DNA from: an uncultured Candidatus Saccharibacteria bacterium
GTDB taxonomy: Bacteria; Patescibacteriota; Minisyncoccia; Phycocordibacterales; SIBU01
Reading direction: 5' to 3'
Assembly (NCBI GenBank): GCA_964355335.1
Contig: CAYHDB010000002.1
Coordinates: 3,192-67,191, forward strand
Length of the DNA stretch: 64,000 bases
A model generated the notes under the pieces. It saw only the letters and a program-made list of their open reading frames with translations, was not told where the DNA came from and made no database searches. This document shows, piece by piece, positions 1-9,137 of the stretch. Position 1 is the first letter of the stretch. Each line of letters starts with the position of its first letter. The position numbers and the translations under genes were made by a program.

Positions 1-8
1 ACGGGAGG

Positions 9-230
9 ATGGTCGTGGCAGTAGAAATCTCGGGCAAATACCCGACGGCAAAAGTGGAGTACTTTATAAATGGAAGTTTTGCGGGTTCCACGAACTCTTA
101 CCCCTGGAACTTCAGCTTCCTTCCATCTTCGATTCAAGACATCGCTCCGACAAACCAGCTTGATGTTGTAGCCTACGACACGGCAGGAAACAGAGGTGAA
201 GCTCACAGCGCTTTCAACATCACCTTCTAG
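9..230 (+). CDS. C-terminal fragment of a larger secreted/Ig-like protein. The 5' end lies outside the window.
   Basis: ORF is open to the window start. Ser/Thr/Asn-rich beta-rich composition. No start context visible. Confidence 0.3.
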   Translation: MVVAVEISGKYPTAKVEYFINGSFAGSTNSYPWNFSFLPSSIQDIAPTNQLDVVAYDTAGNRGEAHSAFNITF

Positions 231-393
231 TGATTTAAAACCTATGCACCTTCCTAAAATTCTCCTTTTTTAAAGGGAGGGAACCGCTTGCGGTGAGGGA
301 TTTGTTACAAAGCAAAAATCCTCCGGCTTCGTAGACTCAGCCACCTCCTTTAGTAAAGGAGGAATAAAAAATCGATAATCGGAAGCACTTTGG

Positions 394-651
394 TTATCTT
401 ATTTTCCTCTCACCTTGAGAGCTTAAAAGCTTGGAAAGCTCGGTAAGTATTTTTTCTTTCTTTAAAAACAACTCACTTTTAAGTGTGGGGTGGGCACGGA
501 CAAAAAACGTTCCGTCCTTAAATGAAACTGATTCGGCCGGCAATTTGGTTTTTATCACGCTACCGACAACGTTTATAAATATCGAAACCGAAAGGTTCTT
601 GTCTAAGCCGAGTTTTTTAAATCGTTCGAGAAAGAAGGAGATTTGCTGCAT
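394..651 (-). CDS. DUF721/DciA-like small protein (possible helicase loader), next to dnaN
   Basis: 85 aa with pattern ..VVGSVIKTKLPAESVSFKDGTFFVRAHPTLKSELFLKKEKILTEL.., matching the DUF721 layout (vG..i..t.p..l.dG.L.V....w..eL). Position downstream of dnaN is typical. Confidence 0.4.
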   Translation of the reverse strand: MQQISFFLERFKKLGLDKNLSVSIFINVVGSVIKTKLPAESVSFKDGTFFVRAHPTLKSELFLKKEKILTELSKLLSSQGERKIR

Positions 652-671
652 GAATAATAAGAATTATTTTT

Positions 672-783
672 TATACGAACTTACGAAAGGGTGCAGATAT
701 ACGAACAGATACGAAAACTTTTGTGGTACCACTATGATTTTCGTATTATTTCGTATATTTTCCTAATTCGTATTTTCGTATGT
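672..783. repeat. TACGAA-heptad palindromic element, copy 1 (left arm tacgaac/ttacgaaa/atacgaac/gatacgaaaa, core, right arm ttttcgtat x4)
   Basis: Read directly: tandem (A)TACGAA units, then a ~25 nt core, then tandem TTCGTAT units. Located between the DUF721 start and the dnaN stop. Confidence 0.8.
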
Positions 784-787
784 TTAC

Positions 788-1885
788 CTAGCGGTTCATC
801 GGCATTACCAAATACGTAAAGTTCCTATCCCCTACCCCTCTTATCACCACAGGTCTTCCTTGTCCGGCAAAAGACAGGGATACACTGTCTGTGGTGATAG
901 ATTGCAGACAGTCAGCGATATAGCGGTAATTGAAATTAGCTTCCACACTTTCGCCGGTAAGAGCGGCATCTAGCAATGAGCTGTTTTCTCCAAGGTTGTT
1001 GTTTTTAGTAGTCAGCTCAAACTTTTTTTCTTTAGGGTTGATTGCAATACCAACCTGGTTAAACGTATCAGAAAAAATATTGGCTACTTTGAGCGAACGC
1101 ACCAAATCTTCCTTCAAAACAACCGCTTCGGTCTTGAACTCCTTAGGAATAATTTGTCTGTAGTCTGGGAAAGTGCCGTCCACCACTCTGGAGGTGAGGT
1201 ATGTACCGCCGGAGACAAACGCTATCTGATTTTTGTTAAGTCTCACTTCTACCAAACCCGAAACCCCCTCGAGTATTCGAATAATCTCCGGAACATTTTT
1301 GAACGGAATAAGAACTTTATCAAAATCCAAGGTTTTCATTTTGACTTTCTGCTCGGCTAGACGAAAAGAATCTGTCGCCGCAAACACCGCATAACCATCC
1401 TCTGGATACACATAAACGCTCGCTAGCTCCGCTTTTATACTTGAAACGGAGGAACTGTACCAGACCGCTTTTAAACCTCTCACAAAGTCTTCTGCGTTAA
1501 TCTCAAAGTGCTTTTCCTTGGATATCTCCGGGATAGTTGGAAAATCTTCTACAGGCAAACACTTAATTGAAGTTTTACTCCTTGTGGTGGTTACTGAAAG
1601 CAAATTCTCACTTCCACTCAACTTCACACTCTTCTCTCCTGTAAGGCTTGAAATAAAAGATGAAAGGGTGCCTGCGGGGACAGCAAGAACACCCTCCTCC
1701 TCGACTTTCGCCGGCATAAAACTTTCAAATCCCAAGTCGAGGTTTGTGGCTCGGATAGTGACGCCATTTTTCTTAACATCTAAAAGCACACAAGACAGTA
1801 CAGGTAAGTTTAGATTCCTCCCAGCAATTTTCTCAGCCTGTGAAAGAATCTTTTGTAATTTGTCTTGTACACATTCTGTTTTCAT
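788..1885 (-). CDS. dnaN: DNA polymerase III beta sliding clamp
   Basis: 365 aa, typical DnaN length and N-terminal MK..LxxxLxxV.. pattern. Directly downstream of dnaA. Confidence 0.9.
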   Translation of the reverse strand: MKTECVQDKLQKILSQAEKIAGRNLNLPVLSCVLLDVKKNGVTIRATNLDLGFESFMPAKVEEEGVLAVPAGTLSSFISSLTGEKSVKLSGSENLLSVTTTRSKTSIKCLPVEDFPTIPEISKEKHFEINAEDFVRGLKAVWYSSSVSSIKAELASVYVYPEDGYAVFAATDSFRLAEQKVKMKTLDFDKVLIPFKNVPEIIRILEGVSGLVEVRLNKNQIAFVSGGTYLTSRVVDGTFPDYRQIIPKEFKTEAVVLKEDLVRSLKVANIFSDTFNQVGIAINPKEKKFELTTKNNNLGENSSLLDAALTGESVEANFNYRYIADCLQSITTDSVSLSFAGQGRPVVIRGVGDRNFTYLVMPMNR

Positions 1886-2090
1886 ATACTTTATATAAAT
1901 ATATTACTACTATTAACTATGGGGATAACCTGTTTAGCTTATTTATTTATAAATACCAACGTATTTTAAAGAGAAGAATTGCTCGAAGGTCGGACAGTTT
2001 GTGGGGTAATTGTGTGGATAAGAATTTGGTCTGTATTTATCCCCAGTACGAACAGAGGTTTTCCACACAAAATGCACAGGTTGTTAAAAA
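1886..2090. promoter_or_regulatory. oriC: Probable oriC: AT-rich dnaA-dnaN intergenic region with four DnaA-box-like 9-mers
   Basis: tatggggataacc (~1921-1933, TTATCCCCA rc), tgtggataa (~2015-2023, perfect TTATCCACA rc), ttatcccca (~2036-2044), ttttccaca (~2062-2070). AT-rich spacers. Classic position between dnaA and dnaN. Confidence 0.6.
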
Positions 2091-3434
2091 TCAGAGAGTA
2101 GCTCGTATCTGATCCAGTTCTTGCTCGAGGCTAGGATTTGTCTTCAGCTCCTCTTTTATCTTCTCACAAGAGTGAATCACGGTAGTGTGGTCTCTCCCCC
2201 CAAGTTTCTGCCCTATCAAAGGATAAGAAACACCAAAGTCTTGTCTGAGTAGATACATTACGAGTTGTCTGGGTCGCACCACTTCCTTTCTCCTTGTCTT
2301 CTCGTAAATGTCAGCCTCCTCTATGTTGAAGAAATTGGAGACGGCCTTTGTGATTTCTTTTACAGAGACCGCCTTTTTAGGTTTGGCACTGTTTCTGATA
2401 AGATTTTTCACTTCAGTAATACCAAGCTCCTTCCCTTTTAGTTGAGACTGGCAGATTAAAACATTGAGCATCCCTTCTAGTTCACGAATGTTCCCCTCTA
2501 TTGTAGAAGCCAAGTGCTCCAAAACATCGGGAGCGAACGAAATAAGGCTTTGTTTGGCCTTTGTTTTAAGGATAGCAAGCCTCGATTCCCTATCAGGTGT
2601 AGGAATATCGATAATCATCCCAGCAGAAAAGCGGGATTTCAAACGGTCCTCCAATCCAGGGATAAAATTCGGGTGTTTGTCCGATGAAAAAACAATTTGT
2701 TTGTTTTCCTCGTGGAGACAATTGAAGAGATGGAACAATTCTTCCTGAGTCTTCTCTTTGTTTGAAAGGAATTGAATATCGTCCATTATCAAAATATCGT
2801 ATTTGCGATATTTATCTTTAAAGGCGTTCACTTTGTTTGCCTGAACCGAGTTCACATAATCTATCGCAAACTTTTCGGAGGTAACGTAATAAACTTTTTT
2901 ACCAACACCTTGATTTTTTATATGATTGCCGACGGCCTGTATCAGGTGAGTCTTTCCGTGGCCGGTGTTTCCGTATATAAAAAGAGGATTGTAGGCTTGG
3001 CCGGGTTTTTTCACCACCGCTTGGGCTGCCGCGTGCGCCAATTCGTTGAAAGGACCTACGACGAATGACTCAAAGGTGTATTTGGGGTTTAAATTGTTCT
3101 CCTTGTCTATGTAGAAGTCAGCAAGAGGCAACTCCGCCGTCGGCCCTGTATGGCTTTTTTGTACGTCTCCCTCTTTTCTTTTCCCATCATCTTTTGAGAT
3201 TTGGTACTCTACTGACCTTATGTTTTCTGACAGGTTTCTCAGTGATTTGAGAATAGACTTGTGGTATTTATTGAAAAGCCAATCCTTCGCAAAAGCATTT
3301 GGAACCGATACGAAGACAACCCCATCCTCTTGTTTTAGGATGCGAGTATCTTTAAACCAGGTGTTGAAGTTGGCTCTCGATACTGCGAGTTCTATTTCCA
3401 CCAGCACGTTGCTCCAGAGTTGTTCGTTTTCCAT
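2091..3434 (-). CDS. dnaA: Chromosomal replication initiator DnaA
   Basis: 447 aa. AAA+ Walker A GNTGHGKTHL, C-terminal DnaA-box-binding helix-turn-helix (..LIGQKLGGRDHTTVIHSCEKI..). Confidence 0.95.
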   Translation of the reverse strand: MENEQLWSNVLVEIELAVSRANFNTWFKDTRILKQEDGVVFVSVPNAFAKDWLFNKYHKSILKSLRNLSENIRSVEYQISKDDGKRKEGDVQKSHTGPTAELPLADFYIDKENNLNPKYTFESFVVGPFNELAHAAAQAVVKKPGQAYNPLFIYGNTGHGKTHLIQAVGNHIKNQGVGKKVYYVTSEKFAIDYVNSVQANKVNAFKDKYRKYDILIMDDIQFLSNKEKTQEELFHLFNCLHEENKQIVFSSDKHPNFIPGLEDRLKSRFSAGMIIDIPTPDRESRLAILKTKAKQSLISFAPDVLEHLASTIEGNIRELEGMLNVLICQSQLKGKELGITEVKNLIRNSAKPKKAVSVKEITKAVSNFFNIEEADIYEKTRRKEVVRPRQLVMYLLRQDFGVSYPLIGQKLGGRDHTTVIHSCEKIKEELKTNPSLEQELDQIRATL

Positions 3435-3514
3435 AAATATTTTAAGTGTATCCCATTATATACTCCTTTGATTACCTGTGAGCTTGCGGAGAACGGTTAA
3501 ATATGTTTATAATG

Positions 3515-3523
3515 TGTGGATAG
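3515..3523. promoter_or_regulatory. DnaA-box-like 9-mer (tgtggatag) upstream of dnaA
   Basis: 8/9 match to TTATCCACA (rc), ~80 nt upstream of the dnaA start. Likely autoregulatory or a second origin lobe. Confidence 0.35.
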
Positions 3524-3530
3524 AGTGTGA

Positions 3531-3620
3531 ACAACTGAATTACACATTACCTGTAACTGAATAACTGAATGACAAGGCCAGGTTTTGTCCCAAAAGTTAT
3601 TCTGTCATTCAGTTGTTTGT
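3531..3620. repeat. ACTGAAT-heptad palindromic element (same architecture as the TACGAA elements, different heptad)
   Basis: Left arm aactgaat/aactgaat/aactgaatga, core ggccaggttttgtcccaaaag, right arm tcattcagttg. A second copy is at 30890-31033. Confidence 0.7.
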
Positions 3621-3641
3621 TATAAGTCATAAGTTTCTTAC

Positions 3642-3776
3642 ATGTCATTCACATACAAACCTAAAAAGAAGAAAAGAGCTAGAACCCACGGTTTTTTGGC
3701 TAGACAAAGAAAACATGGAGGACGAAAGGTCCTTGTTGCCAGGCGCCGTAAAGGACGCAAGAAGTTGGCCGTCTAA
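3642..3776 (+). CDS. rpmH: 50S ribosomal protein L34 (44 aa). Not in the supplied ORF track; found by manual translation.
   Basis: atg tca ttc aca tac aaa cct .. translates to [44 protein letters not shown]. Canonical L34 core (RTHGF..R..GR.VL.RRR.KGR..L) and canonical position before rnpA. Confidence 0.85.
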   Translation: MSFTYKPKKKKRARTHGFLARQRKHGGRKVLVARRRKGRKKLAV

Positions 3777-3782
3777 TCTCGC

Positions 3783-3887
3783 TATACGAACATACGAAAG
3801 GGTACAGATATACGAACATATACGAAAAACTTCTTGATCCCTGTTCGTATAATTTCGTATATTTCAGTGACCTTAATTTTCGTATTA
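3783..3887. repeat. TACGAA-heptad palindromic element, copy 2, between rpmH and rnpA. The right arm ends 2 nt before the rnpA ATG.
   Basis: atacgaacatacgaaagggtacagatatacgaacatatacgaaaaa | core cttcttgatccctg | ttcgtataatttcgtatatttc..ttttcgtatt. Confidence 0.85.
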
Positions 3888-3889
3888 CT

Positions 3890-4231
3890 ATGATTCCCTC
3901 CTCTCGAAAGGTAGACAAAACTCTCTTTAAAACCCTGGTCTCTAAGGGTAAATGGGTAAACTCCGACCATTTTAATGGTCGTGTTTTGCTGTTAGGTGGT
4001 AATTATAAATCCAAAATATCAGTAGTCGTGCCAAAGAAGCTCGAAAAGAGCGCTGTAAAACGTAATGTATTAAAACGCCGTTTGTATTCAGTGGTCAGAA
4101 ATTGTCTTGGTCAGATGGTGACAGGCTCGGTTTGTGCGCTATTTGTAAAGAAGGGTTTCAGCACCAAGGAGCTTACCCTCTTAAAAAAGGAGGTCTCGGA
4201 TTTTATGGTAAAAGCGAAGCTGGTTTCCTAG
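3890..4231 (+). CDS. rnpA: Ribonuclease P protein component
   Basis: 113 aa, basic. Motif ..KSAVKRNVLKRRLYSVVRN.. follows the RnpA RNR-like motif. Classic rpmH-rnpA-yidC order. Confidence 0.8.
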   Translation: MIPSSRKVDKTLFKTLVSKGKWVNSDHFNGRVLLLGGNYKSKISVVVPKKLEKSAVKRNVLKRRLYSVVRNCLGQMVTGSVCALFVKKGFSTKELTLLKKEVSDFMVKAKLVS

Positions 4232-4288
4232 GCAATTACCGCACATTTTCTTGTTGAACGACACGCAAAAGTAAGCTATAGTGTCGTC

Positions 4289-5002
4289 ATGATTAGTTCA
4301 GCATTTAACGCTGTCATTTATAACCCTCTCTATAACGGGCTTATTTTTTTGATGGATATCGTGCCGTGGGCGGACGCAGGTGTGTCTGTGATAATCTTCA
4401 CTTTTTTGGTTAAATTGCTCTTGTTCCCTCTTTCCCAGAAGGCTGTACGAACACAATTACGAATGAAGGCGCACGAGGCTGATATGGCGGAGATAAAGGA
4501 ACGTCACAAGAACGATAAGGAGGCCCACGCCAGAGCAATGATGGCATTTTATAAGGAGAAAAATATCAATCCTTTTTCAAGTATTTTTTTGGCGTTCATT
4601 CAGATTCCTATTATTTTAGCCCTATATTATATTTTCTATAGCGGTGGTTTGCCTGTCATAGAAACTAAAATTCTGTATTCTTTTGTCGGTACACCGGAAG
4701 TCTCAATGTTGTTTCTTGGGTTGATCGATATAACGAAAGGAAGCTTGATTTTTGCCATACTCGTAGCCGTCAGTCAGTATTTTCAAGTGAAACTCTCCAT
4801 GCCGGAGATGAAGCCTGCTGTCGCAGGGGGCACATTCAAGGACGATTTTGCCAGAACCCTAAATCTCCAGATGAGATATTTTCTTCCTGTACTTGTTGGT
4901 GTTATTGCGTACAATATTGCCGGAGCAGTTTCCCTTTACTGGATTACGAGTAACCTCTTTGCCATCGGCCAGGAGATTTATGTCCGCAAGACATTTATGT
5001 AA
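4289..5002 (+). CDS. yidC: Membrane protein insertase YidC (short Oxa1-type)
   Basis: 237 aa, five predicted TM segments, conserved YidC core. Follows rnpA. Confidence 0.85.
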   Translation: MISSAFNAVIYNPLYNGLIFLMDIVPWADAGVSVIIFTFLVKLLLFPLSQKAVRTQLRMKAHEADMAEIKERHKNDKEAHARAMMAFYKEKNINPFSSIFLAFIQIPIILALYYIFYSGGLPVIETKILYSFVGTPEVSMLFLGLIDITKGSLIFAILVAVSQYFQVKLSMPEMKPAVAGGTFKDDFARTLNLQMRYFLPVLVGVIAYNIAGAVSLYWITSNLFAIGQEIYVRKTFM

Positions 5003-5011
5003 TTAATATTT

Positions 5012-5482
5012 ATGACCCTAGACCACAATAAAACAAAAGATGTGATCCAAGAGATGCTCAAAAGTATGGGTATTGGTTTTGATACTGTAGAGATAATAAG
5101 TAACCCAGATTCACAGCACACCCGTTTTGCGATAAGAACACCTGAGCCTTCCCTGCTTATTGGGACCAAAGGAGAAAATCTTGGCGCTCTTAATTATCTT
5201 ATTAAAAAAATTGTTACTAAGGCCCTCGCACCCGATACGGAAGTTAAGTTCTTCATCGATGTGAACGACTACCATGAGAGAGCCTTGGAGTCCGTTAAGG
5301 CGAAAGCAAAGGTTATGAGCGAAAGGGCCCGTTCCTTTAAGGTGGATATCGAGATGGAACCTATGACATCTTACGAGAGAATGCTTGTGCATTCGTGCCT
5401 CGAAGGGGTCTCTGACGTCAAAACAGAATCTGTCGGCGAGGGGCCTCTTAGACGTGTTGTTATTAAGTACCTTGCCTCATAA
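5012..5482 (+). CDS. jag: Jag/KhpB-type RNA-binding protein (KH + R3H)
   Basis: 156 aa. C-terminal R3H-like ..YERMLVHSCLEG.. Position after yidC. Confidence 0.75.
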   Translation: MTLDHNKTKDVIQEMLKSMGIGFDTVEIISNPDSQHTRFAIRTPEPSLLIGTKGENLGALNYLIKKIVTKALAPDTEVKFFIDVNDYHERALESVKAKAKVMSERARSFKVDIEMEPMTSYERMLVHSCLEGVSDVKTESVGEGPLRRVVIKYLAS

Positions 5483-5587
5483 ATACGAAAATACGAAAGG
5501 TACAGATATACGAACATATACGAAAAAGCTTCTTGATTCCTGTTCGTATTATTTCGTATATTTCAGCGACCCCTTTTTCGTATTAAG
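5483..5587. repeat. TACGAA-heptad palindromic element, copy 3. It overlaps the stop codons of the two convergent genes jag and the 5583..6830 ORF.
   Basis: aaatacgaaaatacgaaaggtacagatatacgaacatatacgaaaaa | gcttcttgattcctg | ttcgtattatttcgtatatttc..ttttcgtatta. Core nearly identical to copy 2. Confidence 0.85.
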
Positions 5588-6830
5588 GCTGTAGCCGTAG
5601 GCTCCAAATGTGCGAGTCGTTTTTGTCTGTGAAGAATAGATAGCCTTCATCGGGACTGAGCATAAGGTTCGTGCCGTCAATACTTTTGCCCGACATCTCT
5701 TTAAGTTGTCCGATTATTTTCCCGGTACCGTCGCCTGCGTATATTTTCCAGATATCGTCGGAGAATGACACAACTCCTTGGTACCAGGCGTCAGGGTAAA
5801 TCTCTGTTTGCAAATATGTGGGGACACTACAATAAATCACCTGAGAGTCTTTTGTGCTCCAGACACATTTTTCGGGAAGAGTACCAAGCGAAGTGTCTAG
5901 GGCCTCACCTGTTTTTAGAGAATATATTTTAAGAGACATTCCACCTTGTAAACTTTCTGAATAAAGAACCGACGTGCCGTTTGGTCCTACAAGTGTAGTC
6001 AGGCCCTTAATACCTGATATTGCTCGAGAGAGAGCACCGTTTTTTGTGTTCAGGATAAACATAAATCCAGGCTCGTTTGCTGAGGCTCTAGTGGTCAGGG
6101 ATATCGTCTGGGATGTTGGCCATTGCGGAATCCATTCTCGCAGAGGAGAGTCGAATACACCAGTCTTTTTGCTACCGTCATAATCTGAAATGACACCGGA
6201 GCTTCCGTCAGAGTAATTCAAAAGATAGAATATTTTACTTCTATCCGGGTCGGTCGTCATAGATTTTATGTTCCCCGATAGGAATGAACCTTTGAGCTCC
6301 CCTCCTCCCAACCCATCGGTCGCAGGTGTGAGTTCCGCATAGTATGTTTCGATTCCCGTTGTGCTGTCAGATTTTTCATAACGTGCTACAAGTTTTGTAC
6401 CAGTCTTATTCCAGTAGGCTTCTTGTACCTTCGGAAGTGTAGTGTTCGACAGTCGATTTTCTCCGGAAATGTCAGGACTCACTTCATAAACATTCCCAGT
6501 CCCCTTCTCAAGGAAACGGACAAGCACACTTTGATTTGAAGATGTGGCAAAGGCGACAGAGCCAGCCGAAGGTCTGGTGGACAACTCCTTTAAGAGATAG
6601 GCGTTTTGCGCCGTAGGTTTGTTCTCATTATTTTGTGGAGGTGTCGTGGTTTCGGGAGGTACTGTCGTCGGTGTCGTCCCTGTGTCGCTGTCCGGGAAAA
6701 TGTTTGTACCGCCTGTTGGGGTTGTTCCTCCCGTCTGACCACCGTTGTAGTAGAAATAAAATGCTAAAACACCCGCGATGGCGAGGATTATTACTATGGA
6801 TATTATGATTGTTGCGGTTTTTTTGGACAT
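5583..6830 (-). CDS. Membrane-anchored protein with Thr/Pro-rich linker and beta-propeller-like (TolB/WD40-like) domain
   Basis: N-terminal TM (IIISIVIILAIAGVLAFYFYY), then a TTPTGG low-complexity linker, then a repetitive beta-rich C-terminal region. Confidence 0.5.
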   Translation of the reverse strand: MSKKTATIIISIVIILAIAGVLAFYFYYNGGQTGGTTPTGGTNIFPDSDTGTTPTTVPPETTTPPQNNENKPTAQNAYLLKELSTRPSAGSVAFATSSNQSVLVRFLEKGTGNVYEVSPDISGENRLSNTTLPKVQEAYWNKTGTKLVARYEKSDSTTGIETYYAELTPATDGLGGGELKGSFLSGNIKSMTTDPDRSKIFYLLNYSDGSSGVISDYDGSKKTGVFDSPLREWIPQWPTSQTISLTTRASANEPGFMFILNTKNGALSRAISGIKGLTTLVGPNGTSVLYSESLQGGMSLKIYSLKTGEALDTSLGTLPEKCVWSTKDSQVIYCSVPTYLQTEIYPDAWYQGVVSFSDDIWKIYAGDGTGKIIGQLKEMSGKSIDGTNLMLSPDEGYLFFTDKNDSHIWSLRLQP

Positions 6831-7991
6831 TTATTTGTTTGCTGGATTTGTCGCGGGGTCGTAATTTCTGCAGGTTAAAAGTGTAGGGGCTTCAGCACAC
6901 TGCTTTTGTATTGAGGTGATTATTTCAGTTGCCTTTCTTATCGCGGTCGATGTTTTTGTAGCATCACCTTGAGCCGCTCTAATGGCAGCCTGTTGCTCCT
7001 TGTAGGCCATATCCATAATACCTCTTGCAACATTTGTATTTTTTTTGTCTATATCCGCTTGAACAATGTCGGCTCTCGCTTTCGCCAGTTCAGCTTTTAT
7101 TTTCTCCGCCTGGTCAGGCAGTCCCAAAGCGTTCATTTCCGCAATGTCTTTATTTGAAGTCATATTCAAATGCTCCACTACCGCCAAAACATCCCTCGTG
7201 GAGCCAAGATTTTTTATTGCGTTGGTTTTATCTAGATTTATTCTCGCTTTTGCAGCCACGACGTCCGCCTCAGCAGCTTTTACAAGAAGAGTTTGTTTGG
7301 CTGTGTTTATCGCATCCCTCTCCGCAGTCAGGGTTATTGCTTCTGGACTTGCAGGATCCAGAGTTTTCAATTGATCATTAATCTCCCTAACTTGCACCGC
7401 AGCATCTAACGCCTTACCCTTTGCAATTTTCGCATCAATTACCTCCGGTCTAGCATTTTCAGCATTTAGATCGGCAAGCAGGTCGTCCAACTGCTTTGAG
7501 TAAGTCACATCGTCCGGCTTTTCCAAACGATTCATTTTGGCCTGGTCAGCCGGTTTTCCAAAATATATATCTAGCTCTACAAGTTTTGGATTTATCGTGT
7601 TTAGGATAATGTAAGACACAAGTGCCAGGATTAATCCCCCCAACGCTCTTTCCACGTAGTGTTTTCCCTCTTCCTTGCCGGTGATTGAGTCGGTAGAAAG
7701 GTAGGTGAAACCGCCCCAGACTATGGTGATGAAAGCTAGTACTCCGGCAGCAGCCACACCAAACTTAAATATCCCAGTCATGTAGGTGGAAAGAGTGGCT
7801 TTGCCGGTGGCGGGGTCCACCGTTCCTGGGATTGTGGCAAGGGGTACATATGTAGTGGGAGCCTGTTCAACCAAACCACTTAATGGGGTGGCCGATTGAA
7901 CATTTATTGGCGGAGAGAAAACCAAGAGGAACAACGCAATAATGCTCAGAATAAACGGCAAAGCAAAAATTTTTTTGTATATTGATTTCAT
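6831..7991 (-). CDS. Pilin-like membrane protein (signal peptide, two hydrophobic helices, long coiled-coil tail). Possibly TrbC/VirB2-like.
   Basis: Signal/TM at the N-terminus. Helix-loop-helix IFKFGVAAAGVLAFITIVWGGF / GGLILALVSYIILNTINP as in TrbC/VirB2 pilins. Ala/Lys-rich coiled-coil C-terminus. Cluster context. Confidence 0.35.
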   Translation of the reverse strand: MKSIYKKIFALPFILSIIALFLLVFSPPINVQSATPLSGLVEQAPTTYVPLATIPGTVDPATGKATLSTYMTGIFKFGVAAAGVLAFITIVWGGFTYLSTDSITGKEEGKHYVERALGGLILALVSYIILNTINPKLVELDIYFGKPADQAKMNRLEKPDDVTYSKQLDDLLADLNAENARPEVIDAKIAKGKALDAAVQVREINDQLKTLDPASPEAITLTAERDAINTAKQTLLVKAAEADVVAAKARINLDKTNAIKNLGSTRDVLAVVEHLNMTSNKDIAEMNALGLPDQAEKIKAELAKARADIVQADIDKKNTNVARGIMDMAYKEQQAAIRAAQGDATKTSTAIRKATEIITSIQKQCAEAPTLLTCRNYDPATNPANK

Positions 7992-7993
7992 AT

Positions 7994-9016
7994 TTAAAAC
8001 CCGGTTGCGGTGTTATTACCGAAAGAAAGATTCATATTCGCTTCGGCATACTGGAATATTTTTGCAGGATTGGAGATTTGTATCGAAACATTTGCAGATC
8101 CAGTAGCACCTTTTTCCTGGCGGAATGACAGAGAGTTCTTTCCCTCACCCGCAGGTACCGCTTTTCCGTCTAGCCTCCAGGTGTATTTTACACCGGTGGC
8201 CTCCTGACCTACTGTACCTATGAAGTAAGGTACCGCGACAAGCTTAATCTCCTCGTCTTGGAGAGTTATGCTCCTCGATAGCGCCCTGCTGTAGAGAGTC
8301 CCCATAAGTGGTGTGTCCTCATAAAGGACTATTCCTGGTTGGGTGGGTGTCAAAGTAATTCTCCCCTCAGCCGAATATATCTGGTCCATTGATGTGACCT
8401 CCACGGATACAACCGCGGGTTTCAGCGGAATACCCCCATTAAACAAAATATAACTTTTACCATAGCCCGAGGCGTTTGTAGCCGGGTTGTTATCCACTCT
8501 CCAGTTGTATATCAAAGTTTTTGGATTTATTGTCCCTCCGTTTTCTGTCACGAAATTCGGCAGAGCGACCACTTTGACAGTTCCCTGGTAAGAATATAGC
8601 GCCTTTCCTTTATAAAAAGGAGGAGTATAGGATTGCGCCTCGGCAACGAGGTCCACAGTAGCCGGCCTGATATTTAAAGTTTTCTGGACGGGTGGTTTGC
8701 CTTCTATTTGTATGAGTACAAGAATGTTCGATAGAGAGCCTGGTGAACCGGTTTTAAATGTGAAAGTTTTTTTTCCGACAGCTTCTTGCGCCAGCTTGCC
8801 GTTTGAATACCAAGATATTGTCGCCCTGTCCAAGTCCATAGCAAAACTTTCGATTGTAGCCGTCACAAACTGGTTCGGTCCCGGCACAGAAGGTTTTGTG
8901 GTGACGTTTACCTCAGCAGAATCATCCCCGAGCATTTGTAGTGACTGGGCAGAGGAAAAAAAGGGCAAAGAAAGTGTTGCAAAAAACAGAAGAGTGGTTA
9001 GTGAAAACCTTTTCAT
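7994..9016 (-). CDS. Secreted protein with repeated Ig-like/beta-sandwich domains
   Basis: Signal peptide MKRFSLTTLLFFATLSLPFFSSAQS, then repetitive beta-rich sequence. Confidence 0.5.
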   Translation of the reverse strand: MKRFSLTTLLFFATLSLPFFSSAQSLQMLGDDSAEVNVTTKPSVPGPNQFVTATIESFAMDLDRATISWYSNGKLAQEAVGKKTFTFKTGSPGSLSNILVLIQIEGKPPVQKTLNIRPATVDLVAEAQSYTPPFYKGKALYSYQGTVKVVALPNFVTENGGTINPKTLIYNWRVDNNPATNASGYGKSYILFNGGIPLKPAVVSVEVTSMDQIYSAEGRITLTPTQPGIVLYEDTPLMGTLYSRALSRSITLQDEEIKLVAVPYFIGTVGQEATGVKYTWRLDGKAVPAGEGKNSLSFRQEKGATGSANVSIQISNPAKIFQYAEANMNLSFGNNTATGF

Positions 9017-9019
9017 GTT

Positions 9020-9137
9020 AGATATATTTTAACACAAATAGTATCGATACCAATATACTAATTGTACTAATGATACGAATGGGACCCCGGCTTTGATTAG
9101 TATAATTAGTATTCATTTGTATATTAGCATCGATACC
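9020..9137. repeat. TACTAAT/ATTAGTA-heptad palindromic element (third heptad family, same architecture)
   Basis: agtatcgatacc..atactaattgtactaatgatacgaat | gggaccccggctttg | attagtataattagtattcatttgtatattagcatcgatacc. Outer ends tatcgatacc / catcgatacc are also inverted. Confidence 0.7.

Noticed and set aside
431-766. ORF 431..766 (plus)
   Set aside because: Antisense to the DUF721 gene and extends through the TACGAA repeat. Low-complexity translation.
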